Shown: positions 11,625-20,612 of the stretch, in pieces
Numbering within the stretch: the stretch's first letter is position 1
Layout: every line of letters begins with the position of its first letter
Assembly (NCBI GenBank): GCA_963752475.1
Contig: CAVVYR010000029.1
Span: forward strand, 1 to 64,000
Direction: 5' to 3'
Length of the DNA stretch: 64,000 nucleotides
From: an uncultured Chloroflexia bacterium
GTDB taxonomy: Bacteria > Chloroflexota > Limnocylindria > Limnocylindrales > CSP1-4
The notes under the pieces: generated by a model
What the model saw: the letters and a program-made list of their open reading frames with translations, nothing else
What the model was told of the DNA's origin: nothing
Databases searched by the model: none
Translations under genes and position numbers: made by a program

Positions 11625-12953
11625 ATGAACAGCACCATGACCGCCACTGAGGCCAAGGCCATCGCCAGGGAGGCCTACCTCTTCGCCTTCCCCATGCTGA
11701 TGGGCTACCGCTTCGCCTACGCCACCTTCCTGCAGCCGGCATCGCCGGCCTACCGCGGCCCAGCCAACAGCGGGCCCTTCGGCAAGGCCGTCCCCCTCGA
11801 TCACACCTTCAAGGACGTCATCACCCCCAACTCGGATACGCCCTACTCGTTCGCGCTGCTCGACCTGCGCGCCGGCCCCGTGGTGGTCTCGGCGCCGGAG
11901 ATCAGCGGTCGCTACTACGTCCTCCAGTTCGAGGACCTGCTCGGCTTCAATGAACTCTTCGTCGGCAGCCGTGCCACCGGCACGGAGGCCCAGCGCTGGT
12001 TCCTGATGGGCCCGCGCTACGAGGGCGACGTACCCGACGGCTTCGACGGCTCGCACCGCTTCGAGACGGAGCTCGTATTCCTGCTCGGCCGCACCCAGCT
12101 ACTGGGCCCCGCGGACCAAGCCGACTGTGGCGAGGTCATGGCCAGCTACCGGGTCGAGCCCAACTCCAGCGCGACCGTCCCGGCGACCGAGTGGCCGGCG
12201 TGGATCGATGAAGCCTCGCGCGACGAGCGTTTCATCGGCTACCTGAACGCCCTGCTGCCACTCTGCGAGCCGCTCCACCCCGCTGACGCCGACCTCTTCG
12301 AGCGCATGGAGCAGCTCGGCATCGGCGCCGGTCGGCCCTTCGACGCAGCGGCACTGGACCCGGACATCCGCGATGCCATCCGTGCAGGCGTCTCCGAGGC
12401 GCGGGCGGCCATGCCCGAAGCCATCTCGGCGATCAGCGACCTCGTCGACGGCTGGCAGCTGTCGAGGCGTTCGCCCTTCGGGAACCGCGCCCACTACGAT
12501 GGTGACTATCTGCTGCGCGCCAGCGCGGCCATGCTCGGCTGGGGCGGCAATGACCTCATCGAGGCCAGCTATCCGCTCTCACGTGTCGACGCCGATGGCG
12601 ACCCCTACGACGGCAGGGCCACGTATCGACTGCGGCTCGACTCGGATCCGCCGGTGCGCGCGTTCTGGTCGCTGACCATGTATGACACCTCGTACGACGG
12701 CACCGCCGGCTATCTCGTCGAGAACCCCATCGACCGCTACCTCATCAGCTCCACGACCGAGGGACTCGTGCGCGACAAGGACGGGGGCCTGGTCATCACG
12801 CTGCAGCGGGATGAGCCGACCGACCCGGTCGAGCGTGCCAACTGGCTGCCGACACCCGACGGCCCCTTCTACCTGTCCTTCCGTCTGTACTGGCCGGAGG
12901 CCTCGGCGCTCGACGGCAGCTGGACCGTGCCGCCGGTCCGGCGCATCGACTGA
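11625..12953 (+). CDS. DUF1254/DUF1214 domain protein (divergent paralog)
   Basis: VITPNSDTPYS, PPVRAFWSLTMYD, NWLPTP and RLYWP motifs; RBS AAGGAG. Confidence 0.88.
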   Translation: MNSTMTATEAKAIAREAYLFAFPMLMGYRFAYATFLQPASPAYRGPANSGPFGKAVPLDHTFKDVITPNSDTPYSFALLDLRAGPVVVSAPEISGRYYVLQFEDLLGFNELFVGSRATGTEAQRWFLMGPRYEGDVPDGFDGSHRFETELVFLLGRTQLLGPADQADCGEVMASYRVEPNSSATVPATEWPAWIDEASRDERFIGYLNALLPLCEPLHPADADLFERMEQLGIGAGRPFDAAALDPDIRDAIRAGVSEARAAMPEAISAISDLVDGWQLSRRSPFGNRAHYDGDYLLRASAAMLGWGGNDLIEASYPLSRVDADGDPYDGRATYRLRLDSDPPVRAFWSLTMYDTSYDGTAGYLVENPIDRYLISSTTEGLVRDKDGGLVITLQRDEPTDPVERANWLPTPDGPFYLSFRLYWPEASALDGSWTVPPVRRID

Positions 12954-13077
12954 ATCGCCGCTGCGAGGGCCGCCCAAGGATGGGCATCATGCTCGCAGGT
13001 GTGTAGCGTCGGCACGCGGGCCGGCGGTTGCAGGGAATGGCTTGGTCGGCGATCCGGCCCGAGAAGGAGTGACTTCG

Positions 13078-13440
13078 ATGAAACCGTTGGGCACCGATGA
13101 TGCGCCCGAGCGGCTATCCCGCGAGGACATGCTCGACCAGCTCCAGGTCATGGCTCGCCAGATCGCCAGCGACGCACCCCCTGCTCTGCGTGAGGCCAGC
13201 GTGGTCGCGGCTGAGCTGGCCGCGATCGCCGCGCGCGGCACTGGTCCCATCGCGCACACGCTGGCAGACCTGACCGACGATGCCAGCCTGCGCTTCGCGG
13301 AGCGCATGGAGGCCTACGCCGCGAGCGTCCGTGAGGCGGACGTCATCGAGGCCGACCTGAGCGACAGCGACGGTGCTGAGACAGACGACAGCACCTCGAC
13401 GGAGGCCACCGAACCAGCCGAGATGGAGGACCGAGAGTGA
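13078..13440 (+). CDS. Hypothetical protein, acidic C-terminus
   Basis: RBS AAGGAG before ATG; stop overlaps the GTG of the next gene. Confidence 0.6.
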   Translation: MKPLGTDDAPERLSREDMLDQLQVMARQIASDAPPALREASVVAAELAAIAARGTGPIAHTLADLTDDASLRFAERMEAYAASVREADVIEADLSDSDGAETDDSTSTEATEPAEMEDRE

Positions 13441-15683
13441 GCCCCGAGGCCAAGGACCCCGGCCCCAGTCGAGAGATCGTGACAGCCGGCGCGAAGGGAC
13501 CGGCCGAACAGTGGACATGGGTGCGCCCGCTCCTCGTGCGCGTGGGCGTCAACGCCCTGACCCTGCTGGCCGCACTCATCGTATTCAGCTTCATCCGGCT
13601 TCCCGGAACCAACGCTGCGGGTGAGTACGTCCTCAATGTGCCGCTGCTGGAGATCAGCGGCGGCGGATTGCTGGCGCTCATCCCGCTGGGCCTGTCGCTG
13701 GCGCTCGTCGAGACCTTCGTCAGGCCCATCCTGACCGCGCTCTTCGGCAAGTACGTGATTCGCACGTATGGCCTGCTGCTCCTGCTTGTCAACGCGATCG
13801 TATTCTGGGTGGCCATCCTGCTCGTCACGAGCCTCACTCGGCTCGACGTGTCCGTGCCAGACCCGCAGTGGCTGTGGATGCTGGTGGTAGCGGCGCTCTT
13901 CTCGCTCGCAGTGCTGGTGGTCAACACCTTGATCGGGCTCAATCGGCCGCGTCTCAGTGAGCTTGGAGCTGGCAACCCGTTTTGGCAACTCGTGGACAGC
14001 CTGCCGCTGTCGCGTCGTAGCCGTGTCGTGGAGAACCTGCGCCTGGGCGAAGTCCGGCAACTGCTCTACGAATATGCCATCGACATCTCCCTCTCGAACA
14101 CGAGCCTGGGCAGACTGCGCAACGTGGGCGACCGGCTCCTGGGACGCGACTCGGACGAGTTCGACGACCTGACGACGCCGGCCAAGGTGCGGGTCATGCT
14201 GCAGCAGCTGGGGCCGACGTACGTAAAGATCGGCCAGATGGTCTCCAGCCGCGCGGACCTACTGCCAGAGGGTTGGCGCGAGGAGCTGGAGAAGCTCCAG
14301 AACGACGTTCCGCCGGTGCCCTACGAGAAGGTCGAGGCCACCATCATCAAGGATCTGGGCAGCAGCCCGGACGAGCTCTTCAGCGAGTTCGACCGAACAC
14401 CGCTGGCGGCAGCGTCGCTGGCCCAGGTGCATCGCGCCCGACTGCCCAACGGCGATGCCGTCGCGGTGAAGGCGCAGCGACCCGACATCGGTGCGCTTGT
14501 GCGCGCCGACCTCGGTGTCATCGAGGACCTCGCAGCCCAGGGCGAACGAGGCGTGGCAGCCGCCCGGGCCATGAACCTGCACGCCGTGGTCAAGGAGTTC
14601 GGAGCCGGTGTCATCCAGGAGCTCGACTACGACATCGAGGCGTATCACGCGCTGCGCCTGGCCGAGGTGCTCGAGGGCATGGAGGGCGTCCATGTCCCAC
14701 GTGTCTATCTCGACCACAGCTCACAGCATGTCATCACCATGGAGTTCATCGCCGGTATCAAGCTGACGCGGAGCGAAGAGATCGACGCGGCGGGCATCGA
14801 CCGCGAGACAGTCGCCCGACGCCTCCTGCGCGCGTTCATCAAGCAGGTGCTGATCGTGGGCTTCTTCCACGGCGACCCTCACCCGGGCAACCTCGTCATC
14901 GACCCAGAGACCAGCACCGTGACGTTCCTCGACCTGGGACTCATGGGCGAGCTCGACAGCGCCAAGCGGATCCAGCTGCTGAGCCTGATGTGGGCACTGC
15001 GCGAGCGTGACCCCAATGCTCTCGCGACCGCCATCCTGGGCGTTTGCGAGCGGACCGGACCGGTCGACGAAGACAGGTTCAAGAACGGCATCCAGCGCGT
15101 CTGCTACCAGTACTGGATCTACGGCACGCCGAACTTCTCCAAGATGATGGCGGCCATCTTCAGCGTGCTGTCCGCCAACAACCTGCGCCTGGACAAGTCG
15201 CTCACGCTGGCCATGAAGTCGCTGATCCAGGCGGAGGAGCTGATCAGCACGCTCTCGCCGGACTTCCCGCTCGTCGAGGTCATGTTCGAGGAAGGACAGG
15301 AGCTGCTACAGACAGAGTTCACGCCTGAGCGCCTGAGCGAGTTGGCCAAGGCCGAGCTGACAGGGACGATGGTCGAGCTGGGCCAGAGGTTGCCCTCCCT
15401 GCGGAAGGCGACCTTCGGCTGGCTGGACCAGTATCAGCGCGGTCGCTTCGTGGTCACGATCGACACTGGGGACCTCCAGAAAGGCCTGGAGTCGGTGGGC
15501 TCGGTGAGCAAGAACCTGACCATCGGCCTGATCGTGGCCGGCCAGCTCGTGGCACTCGCCCTGGTCCTGGCTATCGTCGTCAGCAACGATGCCCTCGACC
15601 AGGGTCTGCTCAATCTCTTGACGCTCGCGTTCGGTGCCTTCCTCGTGTTCAGCGTGGTCGTTATCCGTCGCGTCTCACGGTGA
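13437..15683 (+). CDS. AarF/ABC1/UbiB atypical kinase with N-terminal phage-holin-like (YvlD-type) membrane domain
   Basis: LGPTYVKIGQ, AAASLAQVHRA, VAVKAQRP, FFHGDPHPGN and FLDLG; N-terminal LVETFVRPIL...YGLLLLLVNAIVFW. Confidence 0.85.
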   Translation: MSPEAKDPGPSREIVTAGAKGPAEQWTWVRPLLVRVGVNALTLLAALIVFSFIRLPGTNAAGEYVLNVPLLEISGGGLLALIPLGLSLALVETFVRPILTALFGKYVIRTYGLLLLLVNAIVFWVAILLVTSLTRLDVSVPDPQWLWMLVVAALFSLAVLVVNTLIGLNRPRLSELGAGNPFWQLVDSLPLSRRSRVVENLRLGEVRQLLYEYAIDISLSNTSLGRLRNVGDRLLGRDSDEFDDLTTPAKVRVMLQQLGPTYVKIGQMVSSRADLLPEGWREELEKLQNDVPPVPYEKVEATIIKDLGSSPDELFSEFDRTPLAAASLAQVHRARLPNGDAVAVKAQRPDIGALVRADLGVIEDLAAQGERGVAAARAMNLHAVVKEFGAGVIQELDYDIEAYHALRLAEVLEGMEGVHVPRVYLDHSSQHVITMEFIAGIKLTRSEEIDAAGIDRETVARRLLRAFIKQVLIVGFFHGDPHPGNLVIDPETSTVTFLDLGLMGELDSAKRIQLLSLMWALRERDPNALATAILGVCERTGPVDEDRFKNGIQRVCYQYWIYGTPNFSKMMAAIFSVLSANNLRLDKSLTLAMKSLIQAEELISTLSPDFPLVEVMFEEGQELLQTEFTPERLSELAKAELTGTMVELGQRLPSLRKATFGWLDQYQRGRFVVTIDTGDLQKGLESVGSVSKNLTIGLIVAGQLVALALVLAIVVSNDALDQGLLNLLTLAFGAFLVFSVVVIRRVSR

Positions 15684-15935
15684 GCGGCGCGGGCTGACCG
15701 ATGCCGGACGTGGAACAGCTCGACCAGATCCTCGATACGCGACGCTGACCCTCAGCGAGCTGCTGCTTGCAGGGCTCGTCGTCATCGTCAGCGTGTTCAT
15801 CGCAAGATACGTGCGAGGGGTCGTGCGCACCACCCTCGAGAAGCGGCCCAACATCGACACCCACGTGCCAGCAGACCGTGGCACGGTTCACGGGCTGGTC
15901 GATCGTGCTCACGTGCATCGTCCTGGCACTAGAAG
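15680..15935 (+). pseudogene. 5' fragment of a membrane protein (MscS-like), truncated
   Basis: Hydrophobic LTLSELLLAGLVVIVSVFIARYVR...VARFTGWSIVL..IVLAL, then an abrupt switch to unrelated sequence. Confidence 0.4.
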
Positions 15936-16090
15936 TCGCCCTGGCCGAGGGTCTTGAAGACGTTGTGGTAGATCATCCCGCTGCCAGGACCTGCCATGAA
16001 CCCCTGGAACGCATCGATGCCGTCGGGGACGGTCGGATCGTGCTGCACGTACTGCTCAGACCGCTGCCTCACGGTGCCCAGCTCCTGGCC
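15929..16090 (-). pseudogene. Fragment of a SnoaL-like protein, paralogous to 35128-35898
   Basis: YVQHDPTVPDGIDAFQGFMAGPGSGMIYHNVFKTLGQGDF aligns to YIQHDPRVPDGLEALQAFMAGPGSDMVYRDVFKIIGQGDF. Confidence 0.75.
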
Positions 16091-16160
16091 GCTATGGAAC
16101 CGTGGGAACACGCCCCGACCGCGGCACTCCCGGGCGCCGCCAGTCTCCTAGCCACCTAGC

Positions 16161-16306
16161 GTCTCCCCTGACCTGCAGTGGAGACACCAACCACAGCATC
16201 CGAGGATTAGGAGTCAGAAGAGCCGAATCGAGCGTGGCGCCTCTGGATCAGGGGATCGAAGGTTCGAATCCTTCCTCGCCAGCCATTCCCTTTGTTTGAG
16301 CGTGAA
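16161..16306 (+). repeat. att-like junction copy 2: arm plus tRNA-Gln(CTG) 3' half (16241-16285)
   Basis: CTCTGGA TCAGG GGATC GAAGG TTCGAAT CCTTC CTCGCCA GCCA; starts exactly at the anticodon loop; no 5' half. Confidence 0.85.
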
Positions 16307-16654
16307 TGCCCGCGACATCGGCGAACGTCCACGGACGGCTGACGACGATCCAGGCGTTCCCGACCAGTTGCGCGACCGCTACGGGTGTCAGTTCGGGATC
16401 TTGTCCAACTTCTGCTCCACGGTGAGCGCGTCACACGTCACCCTTGGGCATGGCGTCGACGTACGTCGCTTCGAGCGTGCGGCTGGCGGCGAGGCCACGC
16501 AGCTGCTCGACGGAGACTCGAACGGTGGCGTCGGGCGCTGCGTCATCGACGCCATCCACGATCATCGCCCGTTGCGGAGGACGTGCGCGCAGTCGGTACT
16601 GCTGCACGTGCGAAAAGGGTATCGACCGGTGTGCGTAAGTGGTATCGTCGGCGC

Positions 16655-17887
16655 ATGACCGGCTACCGACCACGGCTCATCGACGACACGCTTTCGGAGA
16701 TGCTGGAAGAGCTCCCGGCGCTCTTCCTCACTGGGCCGCGAGCATCGGGAAAGACCACCACAGCTGTACGTCACGCGGCGACGATCGTTCGCCTCGACCG
16801 CAGTGCTGAAGCGGTGGCCTTCCGAGCTGATCCGGATGCCGCCCTCCGCGATCTGGCTGAACCCGTCCTGCTCGACGAGTGGCAGGTCGTCCCTGGTGTC
16901 ATCGGTGCCGTCAAGCGTGCCGTTGATGAAGACCCGCGGCCGGGTCGTGTCATCGTGACCGGCTCCGTTCGAGGTGACCTCGAAGGAGATCTCTGGCCTG
17001 GGACCGGTCGCCTTACCCGCATCCCACTGTTCGGCATGACCGTGCGCGAGCAGCTCAGCCTGACGACGCACGAGCCCTTCCTCGATCGTGTCGCGTCCGG
17101 GTCAGACCTCCAGGCCGCCGACGATACTCCGGACCTCCGCGGCTACGTGGAACTGCTGCTTCGAAGTGGCTTCCCTGAGCCAGCGCTGCGCTTCGGAACG
17201 GAGGCCAGGCGCCGATGGCTTGAGAGCTACGTCGACCATCTGCTGACCCGGGACGCCGAACAGGTCGACGGAGGACGAGACCCTGTTCGGCTGCGCCGAT
17301 ACCTCGAGGCCTACGCGCTCAACACGGCCGGGATCGTTCGGGATGCCACCATCCTGGAGGCTGCGGGCATCAACCGGAAGACCGGTCTCGCCTACGAGCG
17401 CCTACTGACGAACCTCCTCGTGGTCGAATCGGTCCCAGCATGGACGTCGAACCGGCTGAAGCGACTGATCCTGTCACCGAAGCGCTACGTCATCGATCCA
17501 GCGGTCGCGACTGCCGTGCTCGGCCTTGACGTCGGTCTGGTGATGCGGAATGGCGACTTGCTCGGCCGTTTGCTCGACACGTTCGTACTCGCCCAACTTC
17601 GAGCCGAACTCACCGTCACGAGCGCTCGGCCGCGCCTCTATCACGTGCGCCAAAGGGAAGGGCGGCTGGAGATCGACCTTCTTGCTGAGCTGGCTGGCGG
17701 GCGGCTCGTCGGCCTCGAAGTCAAGGCTGACGCGTCCCCGGGGCCCGATAGTGCGCGGCATCTCGCTGCGCTCCGTGATCGCTGCCAGGAAGCGTTCCTT
17801 GCAGGAATCGTGTTGCACACCGGTCCGCGAACGTACTCCCTCGGCGACCGATTGGTGGCGGCGCCCATCTCGACGCTGTGGGCGTGA
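16655..17887 (+). CDS. AAA-family ATPase with DUF4143 domain
   Basis: GPRASGKTT, LLDEWQ, VTGS, SPKRYVID, EIDLL and GLEVKA. Confidence 0.88.
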   Translation: MTGYRPRLIDDTLSEMLEELPALFLTGPRASGKTTTAVRHAATIVRLDRSAEAVAFRADPDAALRDLAEPVLLDEWQVVPGVIGAVKRAVDEDPRPGRVIVTGSVRGDLEGDLWPGTGRLTRIPLFGMTVREQLSLTTHEPFLDRVASGSDLQAADDTPDLRGYVELLLRSGFPEPALRFGTEARRRWLESYVDHLLTRDAEQVDGGRDPVRLRRYLEAYALNTAGIVRDATILEAAGINRKTGLAYERLLTNLLVVESVPAWTSNRLKRLILSPKRYVIDPAVATAVLGLDVGLVMRNGDLLGRLLDTFVLAQLRAELTVTSARPRLYHVRQREGRLEIDLLAELAGGRLVGLEVKADASPGPDSARHLAALRDRCQEAFLAGIVLHTGPRTYSLGDRLVAAPISTLWA

Positions 17888-18018
17888 CCTCGTAGGATTT
17901 CTCGCGATCGGGAGACAGCAGGTCCTCGGTCCCGGCACTCCGCCCCTCAGGTAGGTCGCCTAGCTGAGCGCGCTACGCTCCCCTGCCCATGCTGGCTAGC
18001 AGGCCGCTCAGGCGTTCG

Positions 18019-18066
18019 TGACTCCGGATCAGGGGATCGAAGGTTCGACTCCTTCCTCGCCAACCA
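18019..18066 (+). repeat. tRNA-Gln 3' fragment copy 3 (3 mismatches to copy 2)
   Basis: TGACTCCGGATCAGGGGATCGAAGGTTCGACTCCTTCCTCGCCAACCA. Confidence 0.8.
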
Positions 18067-18204
18067 TCTCTTTGCCGCGGTCGATGTCTGGCCCAACGCC
18101 AAGCGCAAGTCGTCGCGCCTCCAGCCGTTGCCGCTGCCCGACAGCTCCAATGATCAGCAGCCAACGAAGCCGAGTCGACGCGGCGCTGCTCGATCGCCTC
18201 GAGG

Positions 18205-19026
18205 TCAGGGACCGGTCGTCTGCGCGGTGTCGAAGGTGATGGACTCCACTACCGCCTCGATCGACGTGAGCGGTGGCGCGAACTCGTCCGCAGCGGCGCC
18301 GTTCAAGGTCTTGGAACTCCGGCCCACGTACTTCGTCCACCGCTTGGCCGAGCTCACTCGGTTCACCTCCTTGGGGCTGACCTTCGCCGGGAACATGCCG
18401 GCTTCGACAGGGACGTCGACGGCCACGTACCAGGAGCCGTCGTGGCTGAGGCCCTGGAACGTGTACCAGAAGTCGCTCGCGGAGAAGGGGTAGACGTCCT
18501 GGCGGAACACGGTGAGGTAGGCGATACCCGCCAGCTCCGTCGTATCGATGTAGTGCGCCCTTGCATGGATAGCCTGCCCGGCGCCGGTGAACTGCACGAA
18601 TGGCAACGGCCGGGTGCTCCCGTCGTCCGCATCCACGGTGGCTCTGGCAAGGTCAGGACGCCGGTCGAGCAGTGACGTCAACCCGCTGAGCTGTCCCGAG
18701 GCCCAGTCGTAGTCCACGAGGTCTGCGGTCTGGTAGAACCGGAGCGCGCCGGGCGCATCGATTGGACGCGGCACCTTCGCGCCCTCCTGGCGCGACCCGT
18801 AGAGGCTGAACGTGAGATGACGGGGGCCGAGGTCGAACGGCCCCTCGGGTGAAGGCGGCTCACCAGGCACCCGCGTGATATTGACGCTGCGCCCGAGCGT
18901 CGCATCGAACGTGAACCCGACACCGTCGAACGAAACCGTGCTCGACAGGTCCTGAGCCTGAGCTGATAGCGGCAAGAGGAGCAACGTGGCGGCTGTGAGT
19001 GCGATGCCCCTGGAGCGGAGTCCCAT
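18205..19026 (-). CDS. Secreted hypothetical protein
   Basis: RBS GGAGGT; signal peptide ending AQA-QD; YTFQGLSHDGSWYVA. Confidence 0.7.
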   Translation of the reverse strand: MGLRSRGIALTAATLLLLPLSAQAQDLSSTVSFDGVGFTFDATLGRSVNITRVPGEPPSPEGPFDLGPRHLTFSLYGSRQEGAKVPRPIDAPGALRFYQTADLVDYDWASGQLSGLTSLLDRRPDLARATVDADDGSTRPLPFVQFTGAGQAIHARAHYIDTTELAGIAYLTVFRQDVYPFSASDFWYTFQGLSHDGSWYVAVDVPVEAGMFPAKVSPKEVNRVSSAKRWTKYVGRSSKTLNGAAADEFAPPLTSIEAVVESITFDTAQTTGP

Positions 19027-19226
19027 GTCATACCTCCAAGTCCGGTCTTGCGCCTTGCGCCTGCACTCGGGGGCCGTGACCCGAGCGGGCCGTTCGCATT
19101 CGAGGGGGCGCACTAGATACTAGAGGTGAAGCGGTAGCGCGCGAGAAGCGCGACCGGACCGAGATCGATGAGCCGCCTCCCCAGGCCGCTCGGGATCGAG
19201 AACACCCGAGACGGAAGGAGAGACAG

Positions 19227-19490
19227 ATGAGCGGCGATCCGGTCCTGGATGTCCGCCCGATACCACCCGCGCGACGCTACGCGCAGATCTTCGAGGTGTT
19301 CGATGCGCTCGCGCCCGGAGCGGGCTTCGAACTCGTGAACGACCACGACCCCAAGCCGCTCTACTTCCAGTTCGCGGCCGAGCGCCCCGGGACGTTCACC
19401 AGGGACTACCTCGAGACAGGCCCAGAGGTCTGGCGCGTGCGGATCGGCCGACCGACTGCCCCGGCCACGACGGACGACCCATCGTCCTGA
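19227..19490 (+). CDS. DUF2249 domain protein
   Basis: LDVRPIPP, LVNDHDPKPLYFQF and GPEVWRVRI. Confidence 0.85.
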   Translation: MSGDPVLDVRPIPPARRYAQIFEVFDALAPGAGFELVNDHDPKPLYFQFAAERPGTFTRDYLETGPEVWRVRIGRPTAPATTDDPSS

Positions 19491-19635
19491 CCGTGGATCG
19501 CGATGAGCTCGTGATCGAGGGGCTCATCCTCCACGACGGCCTGCGCCTCGGCGAAGGCGCGCGCTGACGACGGAACACCGCGAACACAGCACCGACGACG
19601 GGTCCGAGGTTCGCGCTTCGTCTCAGCTGGACATC

Positions 19636-19721
19636 GTCTCCCGTGACCAGCAGCGGAGACGCCAGCCGGAGGATCCGAGGACGTGGCCAGGGAGAGCCGA
19701 ACCGAGCGTGGCGTCTCTTGA
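19636..19721 (+). repeat. Third copy of the att arm, ending in core-like CTCTTGA with no tRNA remainder
   Basis: GTCTCCCGTGACCAGCAGCGGAGACGCC...ATCCGAGGA...GAGCCGAACCGAGCGTGGCGTCTCTTGA aligns with 16161-16247. Confidence 0.7.
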
Positions 19722-19770
19722 GGCAACTCGCGCCCGCATGACGACGTCGCACATGTGCTACATTCGTCGC

Positions 19771-20022
19771 ATGACGGAGGTCGCCTCTCGACAACTACGC
19801 AATCAGACGCGCGCGCTGCTCGATCGGGTCGCGGCCGGCGAGCAGATCACAGTCACCGTCGACGGCAGGGCTGTGGCGAGGCTCGTCCCGCCAGCGTCCC
19901 GTCCACGCTGGATGCCTCGGGAGGTCTTCGTCGCCAGCGTCCTCGGGCATCAGGCAGATCCGGACCTGGCAGCAGATCTCGCCGAGCTGGCACCCGATAC
20001 GACCGCCGACCTGCCGCTGTGA
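19771..20022 (+). CDS. Type II TA antitoxin, Phd/YefM family
   Basis: MTEVASRQLRNQTRALLDRVAAGEQITVTVDGRAVARLVP; palindrome GCACATGTGC upstream. Confidence 0.88.
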   Translation: MTEVASRQLRNQTRALLDRVAAGEQITVTVDGRAVARLVPPASRPRWMPREVFVASVLGHQADPDLAADLAELAPDTTADLPL

Positions 20023-20408
20023 CCGAGCACGGGCTCGCCGACACATCGGTGTTCATCGCACGGGAATCGCGCCGCCCGATCGACGTCGAAGCGATGCCCG
20101 ACCGATTGGCCGTCTCCGTGATCACGATCGGAGAACTGCGGGCCGGCGTGCTGGCGGCCAGCGACATGACCACCCGAGATCGCCGCCTCGACACGCTCAC
20201 TGCGGCCCTCTCGCTCGAGCCGATCCCGGTCGATGTGGAGGTCGCGAACGCCTGGGCCAGGCTGCGCCTCGCACTGCGGGACGCAGGCTTGCGAATGCCG
20301 GTGAACAATTCCTGGATCGCGGCGACGGCCATGGCCCTGGGCGTGCCTATCGTGACCCAGGATGACGACTTCCCGACCCTCGCGAATCTCACGGTCATCC
20401 ACGTCTGA
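20019..20408 (+). CDS. vapC: Type II TA toxin, VapC PIN domain
   Basis: LADTSVFIA, VITIGEL, SWIAATA and TQDDDF; GTGA overlap with the antitoxin. Confidence 0.88.
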   Translation: MTEHGLADTSVFIARESRRPIDVEAMPDRLAVSVITIGELRAGVLAASDMTTRDRRLDTLTAALSLEPIPVDVEVANAWARLRLALRDAGLRMPVNNSWIAATAMALGVPIVTQDDDFPTLANLTVIHV

Positions 20409-20612
20409 CGACCCGACCTGTCGCTGTCATCGGCCGAGAAGCGCGGCCAGGGAAGGATGACGCCCCTCCGACGGTGCTTGTCGGCACTACCGAGGATCGC
20501 CGCGACTCCGCTACGACGAGAACGACCGCGAACACCTGGTGTCCCCATGGCGTTCGCTCGCCTGTCCTGCACGCCAGCAGGCACGACATCGGCCGCCTTG
20601 AGGGGAGACGCT

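Noticed and set aside
16307-16640. Short ORFs between att copy 2 and the AAA ATPase
   Set aside because: No recognisable family, start signal or consistent frame; probably eroded remnants.
17993-18066. Possible complete tRNA (TGGCTAG could pair with CTCGCCA; loop CTCCGGA would read CCG)
   Set aside because: Acceptor and anticodon stems have mismatches, there is no T8 or D-loop GG, and the 5' part matches the family-B att arm. Treated as a scar; tRNAscan-SE would settle it.
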